This document shows, piece by piece, positions 14,572 through 23,109 of a stretch of 61,251 nt of DNA (the stretch's first letter is position 1; the number at the start of each line of letters is the position of its first letter). Origin of the DNA: a virus. The translations under genes and the position numbers were made by a program. The stretch lies in IMG/VR virus record IMGVR_UViG_3300029951_000031. One strand, written 5' to 3'. Under the pieces are notes generated by a model that saw nothing but the letters and a program-made list of their open reading frames with translations, did not search any database and had not been told where the DNA came from.

Positions 14572-15935
14572 GCGCAAGAGACAACCTACGCACCGTACCG
14601 CACAGCGCCGAAGCCGAGCAATCGGTACTCGGGGCACTGCTGATGGACAACGATTCGATCGACCGTATCGGCGACCTGAAAGCGGATCATTTTTTCCGCT
14701 TCGATCACCGCACCATTTTTGCCGAGCTGCTTGAAATGATCGTCGGTGGCATTGGTGCCGATCCGATCACGCTGCTTGAGCGCTTGGCGGCCAAGGGCAA
14801 AGCCGATGATATGGGCGGCTTGCAATACCTGCACAGCTTGGCGCACAACACGCCGAGTTCGGCAAATATCGCACGTTATGCATCGATCGTGATTGATAGG
14901 GCGCAGAAGCGCTGGCTGCTCACAGCGGCTTCTGAGATTGAGGATTCGGTCGGCTCCTCGGCTGATTCGGCCGAAGACCTTGTGGACCGTGCCGCGGCAA
15001 AAATCGAAGCGCTCACACAGGTCAAGACAAAATCCGAACCCCGCCGCGCGTCGGTCGGTCTGTCCGAGCACCTGAATTTGCTCGAACGCCGGTCTAACCG
15101 GTCGGAGCGCCTCATCTCTACCGGCTTGGAAAATCTCGACAAAGCATTGAACGGCGGCCTGCGTCCTGGCTGGGTGGTCGTGCTGGCAGCTCGGCCAGCG
15201 ATGGGTAAAACGGCCCTCGCGCTGAACATTGCCGACCACGTGGCGATCGATCACAGTTCACTATTCCTGTCGATGGAAATGCCGGAATCTGAGTTGCACG
15301 ATCGCAACATCGCATCGCTCGGCAAAGTTGCACTCGACAAGGTAATGCAAGCCCCAGAGGGCGACACCGAGTTTTGGGAGCGCGTCACCAAGGCGTGCGG
15401 CTCCATCAAAGACCTGAATCTGTTTATTGATGACCAATCGGGCCTACGCCTGTTGGATGTGCGATCCAAGGCGCGCCTCGTCAAACGCAAGAGCGGGCTT
15501 GACTTGCTGGTGATCGACTACATCCAACTTATGTCCGGCGACGGTGCGAATCGGAATACCGAGATCGAAGGCATTTCACGCGGGCTCAAGACGCTCGCCA
15601 AAGAGCTGGGTATCGCCATCCTGGTGCTGGCCCAGCTCAACCGCAAAGCCGAGGATCGCCCGGGCCTGCCGAAGCTATCCGACCTTCGCGACTCAGGCGC
15701 GATCGAGCAGGATGCCGATGTGGTGATGTTCTTGCACCGCGAGGAAATTGCTAACCCCGAGTGCGGCGACCAGTTCCGAGGATTTGCCAAACTGCGCATC
15801 GCCAAATTCCGGCATGGCCGAACAACCGATGTTGGCCTGACTTATGCCGGCGAGTTCGTGCGCTTCGGTGATCACGTCGGTTACTGGCCTGAAGCGCCGC
15901 AGCAAAAACAGTCTCGCGGAGGGTTCAAGGCATGA
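14568..15935 (+). CDS. dnaB: Replicative DNA helicase DnaB
   Basis: 455 aa. PHSAEAEQSVLGALL N-terminus, Walker A ARPAMGKTALALN, and LRDSGAIEQDADVV. Confidence 0.9.
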   Translation: MSARDNLRTVPHSAEAEQSVLGALLMDNDSIDRIGDLKADHFFRFDHRTIFAELLEMIVGGIGADPITLLERLAAKGKADDMGGLQYLHSLAHNTPSSANIARYASIVIDRAQKRWLLTAASEIEDSVGSSADSAEDLVDRAAAKIEALTQVKTKSEPRRASVGLSEHLNLLERRSNRSERLISTGLENLDKALNGGLRPGWVVVLAARPAMGKTALALNIADHVAIDHSSLFLSMEMPESELHDRNIASLGKVALDKVMQAPEGDTEFWERVTKACGSIKDLNLFIDDQSGLRLLDVRSKARLVKRKSGLDLLVIDYIQLMSGDGANRNTEIEGISRGLKTLAKELGIAILVLAQLNRKAEDRPGLPKLSDLRDSGAIEQDADVVMFLHREEIANPECGDQFRGFAKLRIAKFRHGRTTDVGLTYAGEFVRFGDHVGYWPEAPQQKQSRGGFKA

Positions 15936-16204
15936 CCACCAACCCCACCCCCAATCAAACCGTCAAAGGAGACGCAATGGAAATGACCGATTGGTTCCCG
16001 CCGGACATCAAGCCAGTTCATTCTGGCGTCTACCAAACCGAGTTCGCTGCCGGTCGCGGTGATCTCGGTTATTCGCGCTGGGACGGAGTGCATTGGAGGT
16101 ATCAGTACCTTTCCAAGGCTATAGCCGCCGGAAGTGAGGGTATTGGCTCGCAAAACAAACGCTGGCGCGGGCTGGCGACTAAGCCGGAGGTGAATCATGG
16201 GTAA
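15932..16204 (+). CDS. Hypothetical W-rich protein (WFPPDIKP family)
   Basis: 90 aa. Shares WFPP(D/E)IKP...G(V/L)Y...RYWRGLA with the next gene. Confidence 0.6.
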   Translation: MTTNPTPNQTVKGDAMEMTDWFPPDIKPVHSGVYQTEFAAGRGDLGYSRWDGVHWRYQYLSKAIAAGSEGIGSQNKRWRGLATKPEVNHG

Positions 16205-16397
16205 GTTGACGGGGTGGTTCCCGCCGGAGATCAAGCCGGCCAGGATCGGGCTATACGAATGCAAATGGAGTGACCTTAATTGGTATTGGAACGGCTCCGC
16301 CTGGAGAAATGCCGGAAATAGCTTCGACTGCACTTTGCAAAACCGCTATTGGCGCGGCCTCGCATCCGATCCTGCAAAGGGAGCAAATCATGATTAA
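16197..16397 (+). CDS. Hypothetical W-rich protein (tandem paralog)
   Basis: 66 aa; the same motifs as 15932..16204. Confidence 0.6.
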   Translation: MGKLTGWFPPEIKPARIGLYECKWSDLNWYWNGSAWRNAGNSFDCTLQNRYWRGLASDPAKGANHD

Positions 16398-16881
16398 GCC
16401 GCAGCTACCTTGGTTGGTCAGCGAAGAAAAAATACTGCGCGAGCGGTGGGAAGCCGGCGACCAGATGATCGACATCGCCGCAAAGATCCCGCGCCATTCG
16501 CTCGATGCAATCAGGAAGCATCGCGAGAAACTTGGGGTGAGTAGACCTTCTTGGTTCGTGCCATATCGCGAGTGCAAGTCTTGGACTGCGATACACCGTG
16601 CTTTAACGGCTAAGCCCGGCATGTCGATTTACGACCTAGTGGCGGAGACCGGATGCGCGAAGGCAACTTGCACACGCCTGATCGACTTGCACCACGGCCA
16701 CGGCGTGTATGTGAAGGGCTGGCGCGTTACCGCACGCAAACCGGCCGCTCTTTGGGCGCTTGGGCACTTGGCTGACGTGAAGTATGTCCCGGTCCGAGCG
16801 ATCTCGCGTCGTCCAGTGATTGAGCCGTCGCATCGATTTGCCGCCCTGGTCAACCAACTCACGATGGGAGTCGCAGCATGA
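16390..16881 (+). CDS. Myb/SANT-like HTH protein
   Basis: 163 aa from the ATG at 16390; WLVSEEKILRERWEAGDQMIDIAAKIPRHSLDAIRKHREKLGV resembles a GcrA/Myb-type N-domain. Confidence 0.5.
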   Translation: MIKPQLPWLVSEEKILRERWEAGDQMIDIAAKIPRHSLDAIRKHREKLGVSRPSWFVPYRECKSWTAIHRALTAKPGMSIYDLVAETGCAKATCTRLIDLHHGHGVYVKGWRVTARKPAALWALGHLADVKYVPVRAISRRPVIEPSHRFAALVNQLTMGVAA

Positions 16882-17210
16882 ACGCTGATCTATCCGCAGG
16901 CAGCCTAGTCGAGCGTATGACGCGCGGCAAGTCGTACACGACGACCGAGCTCGGGAAGCTTTTCGGCACAAACGCCAAGGGCGTTACACCGACGCTCACG
17001 GCAGCCATGCAGACAAAGCAGATCGTCGGCGTGAAGATCGGCGACGGCTACAAGATTTCGACGCGATATTACGTGGCGGGAACTGAGCCGAAAAAGGTCG
17101 AGGAAAAAGCGCCGCAAGTGCATCGCTGGCAGGTTGGCGAGTTGACGGGGTATGACCGCCGCAATCGGGAGTTTCAGGAGTTGGCGCGGCTTGGGCGGGG
17201 TGCGCGATGA
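16878..17210 (+). CDS. Hypothetical protein (110 aa)
   Basis: ORF track; coupled junctions. Confidence 0.6.
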   Translation: MNADLSAGSLVERMTRGKSYTTTELGKLFGTNAKGVTPTLTAAMQTKQIVGVKIGDGYKISTRYYVAGTEPKKVEEKAPQVHRWQVGELTGYDRRNREFQELARLGRGAR

Positions 17211-17665
17211 GCGCCGCTGAACGGTTGATCGCACGCGTAACGCGCCGGGAGCCGGATTTCATCATTGGCGGTGCGGAGAATCCGTACCTGCTGCGCTGGT
17301 GGATCATCCCGCGCAATCGGTTCTTCAACGTCTACTTGCATTGCTTCAAACGCAGCGACGACGACCGGGCCCGGCATACGCATCCTTGGCTCTTCAATCT
17401 GAGCTGGCTGCTACGTAGCCGGTATCGCGAATGGTTCGGTGACGGCGCGGCCGACTTTGTTGATCGTAACGCGGGCGACGTCAAATTCCGGTGGGGCGCT
17501 GCGGCGCACCGCGTCGAGCTCACTGACGGCGACTGCTGGACTCTATTCGTAACTGGGCCGCGCGTGCGCGAGTGGGGATTCCTCTGTCCGACCGGTTTTA
17601 TCCACTGGAAGAAATTCACGGCTGCCGGTGATCCCGGGCAAGTCGGGCGAGGATGCGATCAATGA
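17207..17665 (+). CDS. Hypothetical protein (152 aa)
   Basis: ORF track; coupled junctions. Confidence 0.6.
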   Translation: MSAAERLIARVTRREPDFIIGGAENPYLLRWWIIPRNRFFNVYLHCFKRSDDDRARHTHPWLFNLSWLLRSRYREWFGDGAADFVDRNAGDVKFRWGAAAHRVELTDGDCWTLFVTGPRVREWGFLCPTGFIHWKKFTAAGDPGQVGRGCDQ

Positions 17666-17850
17666 CCAACCCCCAAAACACAGACGGCTGGATCCCTTGG
17701 AGTGGCGGGGAATGTCCGATTGCGGATGGCATCGAGCACCAAGTGCAGTTTCGCGACGGCAGCTTCGGCCAAGATTACGAGGCGTCGACCTGGCACTGGC
17801 ACCACGCCAACCATTCGAGCGACATCGTTGCGTACAGGGTGATCGAATGA
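17662..17850 (+). CDS. Hypothetical acidic W-rich protein (62 aa)
   Basis: ATGA overlap at 17662; GWIPWSGGECP motif. Confidence 0.5.
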   Translation: MTNPQNTDGWIPWSGGECPIADGIEHQVQFRDGSFGQDYEASTWHWHHANHSSDIVAYRVIE

Positions 17851-18056
17851 GCTTCGGGAATCGTCTTCGCGTTGCGATCACGCAGCATCATGAAATCTCG
17901 CTGAGCGAATTCGCGCGGCGGACGGGATTTTCGCTACCGAACCTTTCTCACATCCTGACCGGCCAGCGCAAGCCAGGTCTCGACACGCTGATCGTGATTA
18001 TCAATGCGCTGCCGGGCACGAACATCGGTTGGTTGATTACCGGAGAGCCGAAATGA
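17847..18056 (+). CDS. XRE-type HTH protein (69 aa)
   Basis: ISLSEFARRTGFSLPNLSHILTGQRKP helix-turn-helix; ATGA overlap. Confidence 0.65.
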   Translation: MSFGNRLRVAITQHHEISLSEFARRTGFSLPNLSHILTGQRKPGLDTLIVIINALPGTNIGWLITGEPK

Positions 18057-18523
18057 GCGAAATCCAGACAGCATTTCAAGGTGAGTTGCAGCTCGCGGGC
18101 TGGAGCGAGACGCACAACGGCGGCTGCAAGGTCACGTTCTGGCTGCCCGACGCCGCCGAGCTCGAAGCCTTCCGCGCGCTGACTGTGCGCAAAGGAAATA
18201 CTGCTGGCCATCGCTTTATGGCGGCACTCGTCGAGATCGGTGATGACGAACTTCCGGTGCAACCCGAGCAACCGGAAGACAAACAGAAGGGCGGTGCACT
18301 TGCGGAGCTGACCGGCCTGTGGCGCAACGATCCGAAGTTTTGGGAATGGTGCCGTTGCGAGTGCGAGGAAGACGCCGTTAGGATTATCCGCACAGTTTGC
18401 GGTGTCGTATCGTGCGCAGAACTCGACCACAACCCGGAAGCGGCACAGATTTTCCACGATAAGTTCCGCATCCCATTTTCGAAGTGGTTGCAGTTTGGGC
18501 AGAAGGCGGGAGGTTCGCAATGA
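18053..18523 (+). CDS. Hypothetical protein (156 aa)
   Basis: ORF track frame; ATG at 18053 overlaps the upstream stop. Confidence 0.55.
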   Translation: MSEIQTAFQGELQLAGWSETHNGGCKVTFWLPDAAELEAFRALTVRKGNTAGHRFMAALVEIGDDELPVQPEQPEDKQKGGALAELTGLWRNDPKFWEWCRCECEEDAVRIIRTVCGVVSCAELDHNPEAAQIFHDKFRIPFSKWLQFGQKAGGSQ

Positions 18524-18732
18524 CCCCCAAAAAGCCCCTAGCAGTGCGCATCGCCGAAATCGCCGAGACCTATCAAGACGATGGGTTGATGCGTTGTGCG
18601 ATCGAGGTTATCGATATGCATGATGAGCTGCGGCGCACCCGTTGGGACCGGGCGCGTGAATGGACGCTTCTTGTCTTCGTCAGTGCGTACATTCTGCGCA
18701 CCGTATGGATCGAGGTCGCGAAATGCCTCTGA
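18520..18732 (+). CDS. Hypothetical protein with a C-terminal TM helix (70 aa)
   Basis: ATGA overlap; WTLLVFVSAYILRTVWI. Confidence 0.5.
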   Translation: MTPKKPLAVRIAEIAETYQDDGLMRCAIEVIDMHDELRRTRWDRAREWTLLVFVSAYILRTVWIEVAKCL

Positions 18733-19322
18733 CTCGCAAAAGCGACCTAAAGCCCCGCGCATGTCGCGTGTGCAAAAGCAATTTCGTCCCGGCGCGGTCG
18801 ATGCAGTCCGCGTGCTCCGTTCCGTGCGCCGTAGCCTGGGCCAAAAAGCTCGCAGCGCAAAAGGCGGCGAGAGCGAACCGCGCCGAGCGAAAATCACTCC
18901 GCGAGGCGCTGGAGAAGGCGAAGACACGCGGCGCGCATTTGAAGGAGTTGCAGGCGGCGTTCAATGGTTGGGTGCGCGCAAGAGACGCGGGGCAGCCTTG
19001 CATCTCGTGTGGCCGGTTTGGCCAGGATATGCAAGCCGGGCATTACCGATCGGTTGGGTCGAGTGCCGCCACCCGCTTCATGCCAAATAATTGCTGGCTC
19101 CAATGTCGGCAATGCAATCTGTACCAGCATGGCTCGCCGATTTCTTATCGCATCAACCTCATCAAGCGAATCGGTTTGGAGGCGGTCGAGGAATTGGAGA
19201 AAGACCATCCGCCGCTGAAACTCACCTTGGCGGAGATATTGGAAATGAAAGCTTTTTACCGAGCAAAGGTTCGGGAGCTCAAGAAGGCGGCAATCAATCA
19301 ACCTGAGATGGAGGTCGCATGA
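18723..19322 (+). CDS. ninG: NinG-like recombination protein
   Basis: 199 aa. CRVCKSNFVP...SACSVPCA and CISCGR...AGHYRS...NCWLQCRQCN match the lambda NinG pattern. Confidence 0.75.
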   Translation: MPLTRKSDLKPRACRVCKSNFVPARSMQSACSVPCAVAWAKKLAAQKAARANRAERKSLREALEKAKTRGAHLKELQAAFNGWVRARDAGQPCISCGRFGQDMQAGHYRSVGSSAATRFMPNNCWLQCRQCNLYQHGSPISYRINLIKRIGLEAVEELEKDHPPLKLTLAEILEMKAFYRAKVRELKKAAINQPEMEVA

Positions 19323-19600
19323 AGAAAATCTTTAAGTACCGCATTCCGTTTATGGAAGTCTCGACTATTGATTTGCCATGCGGAGCGGAAATTATCCGTA
19401 TCGATGGCCTCGATGGAGCGCTTTGGGCGTGGGCGATTGTCGAGACGACGGCCCCGACTGAGGATCGCACGTTCTACCTGTTCAAGACCGGCGCAGAGAT
19501 GCCTATCGACATCTTGCAGGAATATCGCTATCTGGGCTGTGGCGCCATTTTCGTGCAGATGGAACTGATGATGTACGTGTTCGAAAGGGCGCGGCCATGA
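19319..19600 (+). CDS. Hypothetical protein (93 aa)
   Basis: ORF track; coupled. Confidence 0.6.
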   Translation: MKKIFKYRIPFMEVSTIDLPCGAEIIRIDGLDGALWAWAIVETTAPTEDRTFYLFKTGAEMPIDILQEYRYLGCGAIFVQMELMMYVFERARP

Positions 19601-20205
19601 TCGCGGGTAACGCGCCGGATGTTATGGGCAGAGTCGTTATTGAGCCGCCGGAGATGTTGTTCGTGCAGTACATGCCGGTTCGCATGCCGGGGTCAGATAT
19701 TCGCTTGCCGCCTAACCTGAAGTGCTTCTATCCCATGGTTGAGGTCGCATGCATGTTTGCGCATCCAGACGAACATGTTTATCTAACGGCCAAGCACCTT
19801 CATGTTGACCGCGACAGGTGCTTTAATCGACCCGGCTGGCATGCGGACGGTTTTGGCACCGACGATATTAACTATGTCTGGTGCGACCGCGCGCCTACGG
19901 AATTCTGCGTGCAGCCATTCGAATTGAGCGACGACTGCGACGAATCGATGGCACAGATGGAGGCGCAGGCCAAGTCAGAGAATATCTGTACCTACGGCGA
20001 ACACACGTTGCTGCGACTGGACGGCACCGTTGTCCACCGGCCCCCGGCCCAGATCGAACCGGGTATGCGCACTTTCGCAAAGGTGTCGATATCGCGGAGT
20101 CGTTACAACCTACAGGGCAATGCACACAACTATCTATTCGACTACGAGTGGCTAATGGTGCCGCGCGCCGAGTCCCGCAACCATCCATCTATGGAGGCAG
20201 CATGA
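19597..20205 (+). CDS. Hypothetical protein with an HxD...H arrangement (202 aa)
   Basis: ORF track. GWHADG and VVHRPP...RTFAKVS could form a 2-His-1-carboxylate facial triad (speculative). Confidence 0.6.
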   Translation: MIAGNAPDVMGRVVIEPPEMLFVQYMPVRMPGSDIRLPPNLKCFYPMVEVACMFAHPDEHVYLTAKHLHVDRDRCFNRPGWHADGFGTDDINYVWCDRAPTEFCVQPFELSDDCDESMAQMEAQAKSENICTYGEHTLLRLDGTVVHRPPAQIEPGMRTFAKVSISRSRYNLQGNAHNYLFDYEWLMVPRAESRNHPSMEAA

Positions 20206-20378
20206 CATTCCACTGGCCACAAATCACACTCATCATCCTCTGCTCGATCGGGCTTGGAATCGCCGCCGCAAGACACGGTAAGCCGCGCGGCCTGCATAGC
20301 GCCTGGTTTAAATGCTTCGATATCGCCGTGCTCGCGTGGCTGCTTTATGATGGCGGATTCTTTGGGGTGGTGGCATGA
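20202..20378 (+). CDS. Small membrane protein (58 aa)
   Basis: Two hydrophobic helices; GGAGG SD upstream. Confidence 0.5.
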   Translation: MTFHWPQITLIILCSIGLGIAAARHGKPRGLHSAWFKCFDIAVLAWLLYDGGFFGVVA

Positions 20379-20560
20379 AAACCTGCGGCGATTGCGAATA
20401 CTTCGACAGCTTCAACGACGATTGCCTGAATCGCAGCAGTCCGCGATTCCAGACGACTGGCGGCGATGAGGCTTGTGCGGCGTTCCATCCGGACACGACC
20501 AAGGTTCGGCAGTGTCTCGCGTGTGGTGCGCCGGCCGACTCCAACCATTGCGGGAGTTGA
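20375..20560 (+). CDS. Cys-rich small protein (61 aa)
   Basis: ORF track; CGDC...C and CLAC...HC pairs. Confidence 0.5.
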   Translation: MKTCGDCEYFDSFNDDCLNRSSPRFQTTGGDEACAAFHPDTTKVRQCLACGAPADSNHCGS

Positions 20561-20561
20561 G

Positions 20562-20876
20562 ATGAAAGGAGTCATTCGCCTGACACCGATTATCCCCGGC
20601 GAAATGCAGCCGGTCGTGTTCGTCGACGGAAAGATTCGCGAGGGATTCATCGGGGGAGGCGCGGCCGAGGGTCGTGGCTTTCCACAGTGGGCCAAGAAGA
20701 TCTTCGCTGGGGACAAGGTTCACTGGTTCGGCGATGAGTATGCAGGGATGCGGCAGTCATTGTGCACCCGCGTACTAGCGACGGAAGCCGCGCTCTTCCT
20801 GCCTGGTAATTACCCGCGCTGCAAGTCGTGTGAGAAGGCGCTGGCGACGCAACGAAAACTTGGAGTGCGCACTTGA
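20562..20876 (+). CDS. Hypothetical protein (104 aa)
   Basis: ATG at 20562 just after the upstream stop; C-terminal CKSCEK. Confidence 0.55.
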   Translation: MKGVIRLTPIIPGEMQPVVFVDGKIREGFIGGGAAEGRGFPQWAKKIFAGDKVHWFGDEYAGMRQSLCTRVLATEAALFLPGNYPRCKSCEKALATQRKLGVRT

Positions 20877-21121
20877 CTTTCAACCGCCGCGATGACTGGG
20901 GTAACCGCGAATGGGAGCGCAGCCAATCAGCCGAAAGCGTAGCGATTCGCCGGCAAGAGGAAGAAATGTCGGCACGCGGAAGAACATGCATCGGTTGCGC
21001 AAGCTATATCGAGCGACGCGTGGCGGATATCTGCTACACGACTTGCAAGCTCGATGAGAAGAAATATTGGCTTGAGGATCATCGGTCAAGGCGCTGTGAT
21101 TTGTATTCGGAAAGGGGATAG
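20873..21121 (+). CDS. Cys-rich small protein (start uncertain: TTG 20873 or ATG 20966)
   Basis: ORF track; the internal ATG is preceded by GAGGAAGAA. Confidence 0.45.
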   Translation: MTFNRRDDWGNREWERSQSAESVAIRRQEEEMSARGRTCIGCASYIERRVADICYTTCKLDEKKYWLEDHRSRRCDLYSERG

Positions 21122-21123
21122 CA

Positions 21124-21510
21124 ATGGAAAAGCCGCGCAATTGGTTGGATCACGTAATTTACAACTGGGTGCGCTGGTGCCGATCTGGGCCGGCGCCGGG
21201 GCCGCTGCCGCCTCAGTGCGGTTCGCTGGAGAGTGACTATATCCCGGAAGGGCTATGGGCCACGGACCCGGACGATAGGCCGCCCCCGCCGATCCACATC
21301 GACGACGCGCTCAAGGTGCAGCGCATCTATACGACGCTTTCCATCGTCGAGCGCCGCGTGGTGAAGGCCGAATACGTGGCCACCTACGAATCGAAGCGCT
21401 GGACACCCAACGGCCTGTGTTGCGCCGCCAGTTACGCCAATGTGACCGTGCAGGCATACGAAAGCATGATCTACCGCGCCCGCCAGCGCATCGCCTCGGA
21501 GTTCGAATGA
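21124..21510 (+). CDS. Possible late-gene regulator (Q/DUF1133-like)
   Basis: 128 aa. NWVRWCRSG N-terminus and an HTH-like C-terminus; among the last genes before the moron and late region. Many intra-operon terminators suggest antitermination is needed. Confidence 0.3.
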   Translation: MEKPRNWLDHVIYNWVRWCRSGPAPGPLPPQCGSLESDYIPEGLWATDPDDRPPPPIHIDDALKVQRIYTTLSIVERRVVKAEYVATYESKRWTPNGLCCAASYANVTVQAYESMIYRARQRIASEFE

Positions 21511-21803
21511 AATTTGCTCGTGAGATTATAGAGTTGATGGCGCCGTACCCTGGCCGCGATTTCAAGATGCGTGAAATCATCCGCTACGTTGCACCGCAAG
21601 CATTGGGCCGCGAGCGGGCCGCAGTCAAAAAGAGCGTTCAGCGAGCAATCGCCGCCCTAGTTGACTGCGGCTCGGTGAAGCGCTGGCCGCCGCACGCGGT
21701 CAACGGTGCATCAACCTTGTATCAATGGCGCGAGGTGGTAGCAAATCAACCCGCCCCACCGGTGCCACAAAAAGCGGGACATGAACTTTCAGAAATATCG
21801 TGA
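21507..21803 (+). CDS. Winged-helix-like protein (98 aa)
   Basis: ATGA overlap; ORF track frame. Confidence 0.5.
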   Translation: MKFAREIIELMAPYPGRDFKMREIIRYVAPQALGRERAAVKKSVQRAIAALVDCGSVKRWPPHAVNGASTLYQWREVVANQPAPPVPQKAGHELSEIS

Positions 21804-21953
21804 AAACCGGGACGGAAACCGGTACATTTTGGGGGTAGCCAAGTTGCGCCCGCGAATAACGTGAGCGCGATATGGATGAAAAACCGACCGCAATATTGAG
21901 CGGATGCACGAGTCTCGTAACGTTGCCGTGAATGCCTTGAGTGAATAGTAAAG

Positions 21954-22439
21954 ATGCGCGAAATACCTCTTACCCAAGGCAAATTTGCGCTAATCGACGA
22001 CGAAGACTTCAATATATTGTCGGTGTGGAAATGGCACCTCAATAACGGATACGCGAGCAGCACCGCGTCCGCAGCGGAGCAGCGATCGGCAGGATCCGGA
22101 AAAGTAATTCGGATTTCGATGCATCGTGTTTTAGCTGGGCTATCGTACGACGATGTTCGTGTTGTTGATCATATCGATGGCAATAAGCTCAACAATCAAC
22201 GCGCGAACCTCCGAGTCTGCTCGAACTCTCAGAACTTACAGAACCGCGGGGCGCAAGCCAATAATTCTTCCGGGTTTAAGGGTGTGACTTGGAATAAGCG
22301 CGATAGAAGGTGGCACGCGCGCATAAGTGTTGGGCCAAAGAATAAACACCTTGGCACATTCAGATCTGCGGCTGAAGCTGGCGAAGCATATCGAGCGGCA
22401 GCATTGCTGTTTCACGGCGAGTTCGCTTACCAACGCTAG
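21954..22439 (+). CDS. HNH endonuclease with an AP2 domain
   Basis: 161 aa. VVDHIDGNKLNNQRANLRV (HNH_3) plus GFKGVTWNKRDRRWHARI...FRSAAEAGEAYRAAA (AP2). Confidence 0.85.
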   Translation: MREIPLTQGKFALIDDEDFNILSVWKWHLNNGYASSTASAAEQRSAGSGKVIRISMHRVLAGLSYDDVRVVDHIDGNKLNNQRANLRVCSNSQNLQNRGAQANNSSGFKGVTWNKRDRRWHARISVGPKNKHLGTFRSAAEAGEAYRAAALLFHGEFAYQR

Positions 22440-22456
22440 ATCATATGTTGAATATC

Positions 22457-22494
22457 AAGCCCCGCAGGTTCGCCGCGCGGGGCTTTGTTCGTTT
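22457..22494 (+). terminator. Rho-independent terminator
   Basis: AAGCCCCGC-loop-GCGGGGCTT followed by TGTTCGTTT. Confidence 0.6.
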
Positions 22495-22508
22495 ACCGGT
22501 CATGATCC

Positions 22509-22697
22509 ATGCCTACAGCCAGAGAAGAAAAGCTGCATGCATGGACGCACAGCGTCTTTGACTGGGCGGTAGATCGAGGCTACATCACACCACCATGGAG
22601 TCCATGCGATGTGATTCTGGTCCGCATGGAGGCCTATTTTAAAGCCGATATCGACCCGATCGATGCCGCCGACGCGGTGTTTGGGCCGAAGCATTAG
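22509..22697 (+). CDS. Hypothetical protein (62 aa)
   Basis: ORF track; protein-like composition. Confidence 0.5.
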   Translation: MPTAREEKLHAWTHSVFDWAVDRGYITPPWSPCDVILVRMEAYFKADIDPIDAADAVFGPKH

Positions 22698-22740
22698 CGA
22701 TTTGCCGCCGGTAGCGGCAGCCTTCACGCATGATTCTGCT

Positions 22741-23037
22741 TACTGAGCCTCAAGAACCTCTTGGGGGTGATGGTGGAAGCGGGGTTAGTCGTGAGAGCGA
22801 CAGCGCCACGGATTGACCCGTCAGCACATTGCCAAACGGCCTCTGTGCGTGGTGAGGCTTCACCTGCAACGGAACCACCGTAGTCCGCCCCGTCAAGCGC
22901 ATCAGCCATATAACGGCGGCGATAGGGGATTCTCTCTTCAACACCGCGATCAAGGTGCCCGTAAAGTCGGGTGTGTAATTAATTGGTGCTCGCGTAGCGC
23001 TGCGCGGCCGGCCCCTCACGAAACGAGGGCTTTCCGC
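22741..23037 (+). other. ORF-free, GC-rich structured segment upstream of the tRNA (candidate ncRNA or tRNA remnant)
   Basis: No credible ORF. Hairpins include 22851..22864 GGTGA-GGCT-TCACC. 22760..22775 resembles the tRNA 5' end at 23037..23050. Confidence 0.4.
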
Positions 23038-23109
23038 TTGGGGTTGTGGCAACGGTAGCCGGCCGGTCTCCAAAACCGTGCAGTGCTGGTTCGAATCCAG
23101 CACCCCATG
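23038..23109 (+). tRNA. tRNA-Trp (anticodon CCA)
   Basis: Hand-folded cloverleaf: acceptor TTGGGGT/ACCCCAT, D stem TGGC/GCCG, anticodon arm CCGGT-CTCCAAA-ACCGT, T arm GCTGG-TTCGAAT-CCAGC. U:U at 1:72 and C:U at 27:43. Confidence 0.8.

Noticed and set aside
22760-23109. A tmRNA, or a group I intron-containing tRNA, spanning the structured segment plus the tRNA
   Set aside because: The tRNA-Trp cloverleaf is complete and uninterrupted. I found no tag-peptide reading frame ending in a typical ..LAA stop, no 5' strand fully complementary to the acceptor 3' strand, and no recognisable intron core motifs.
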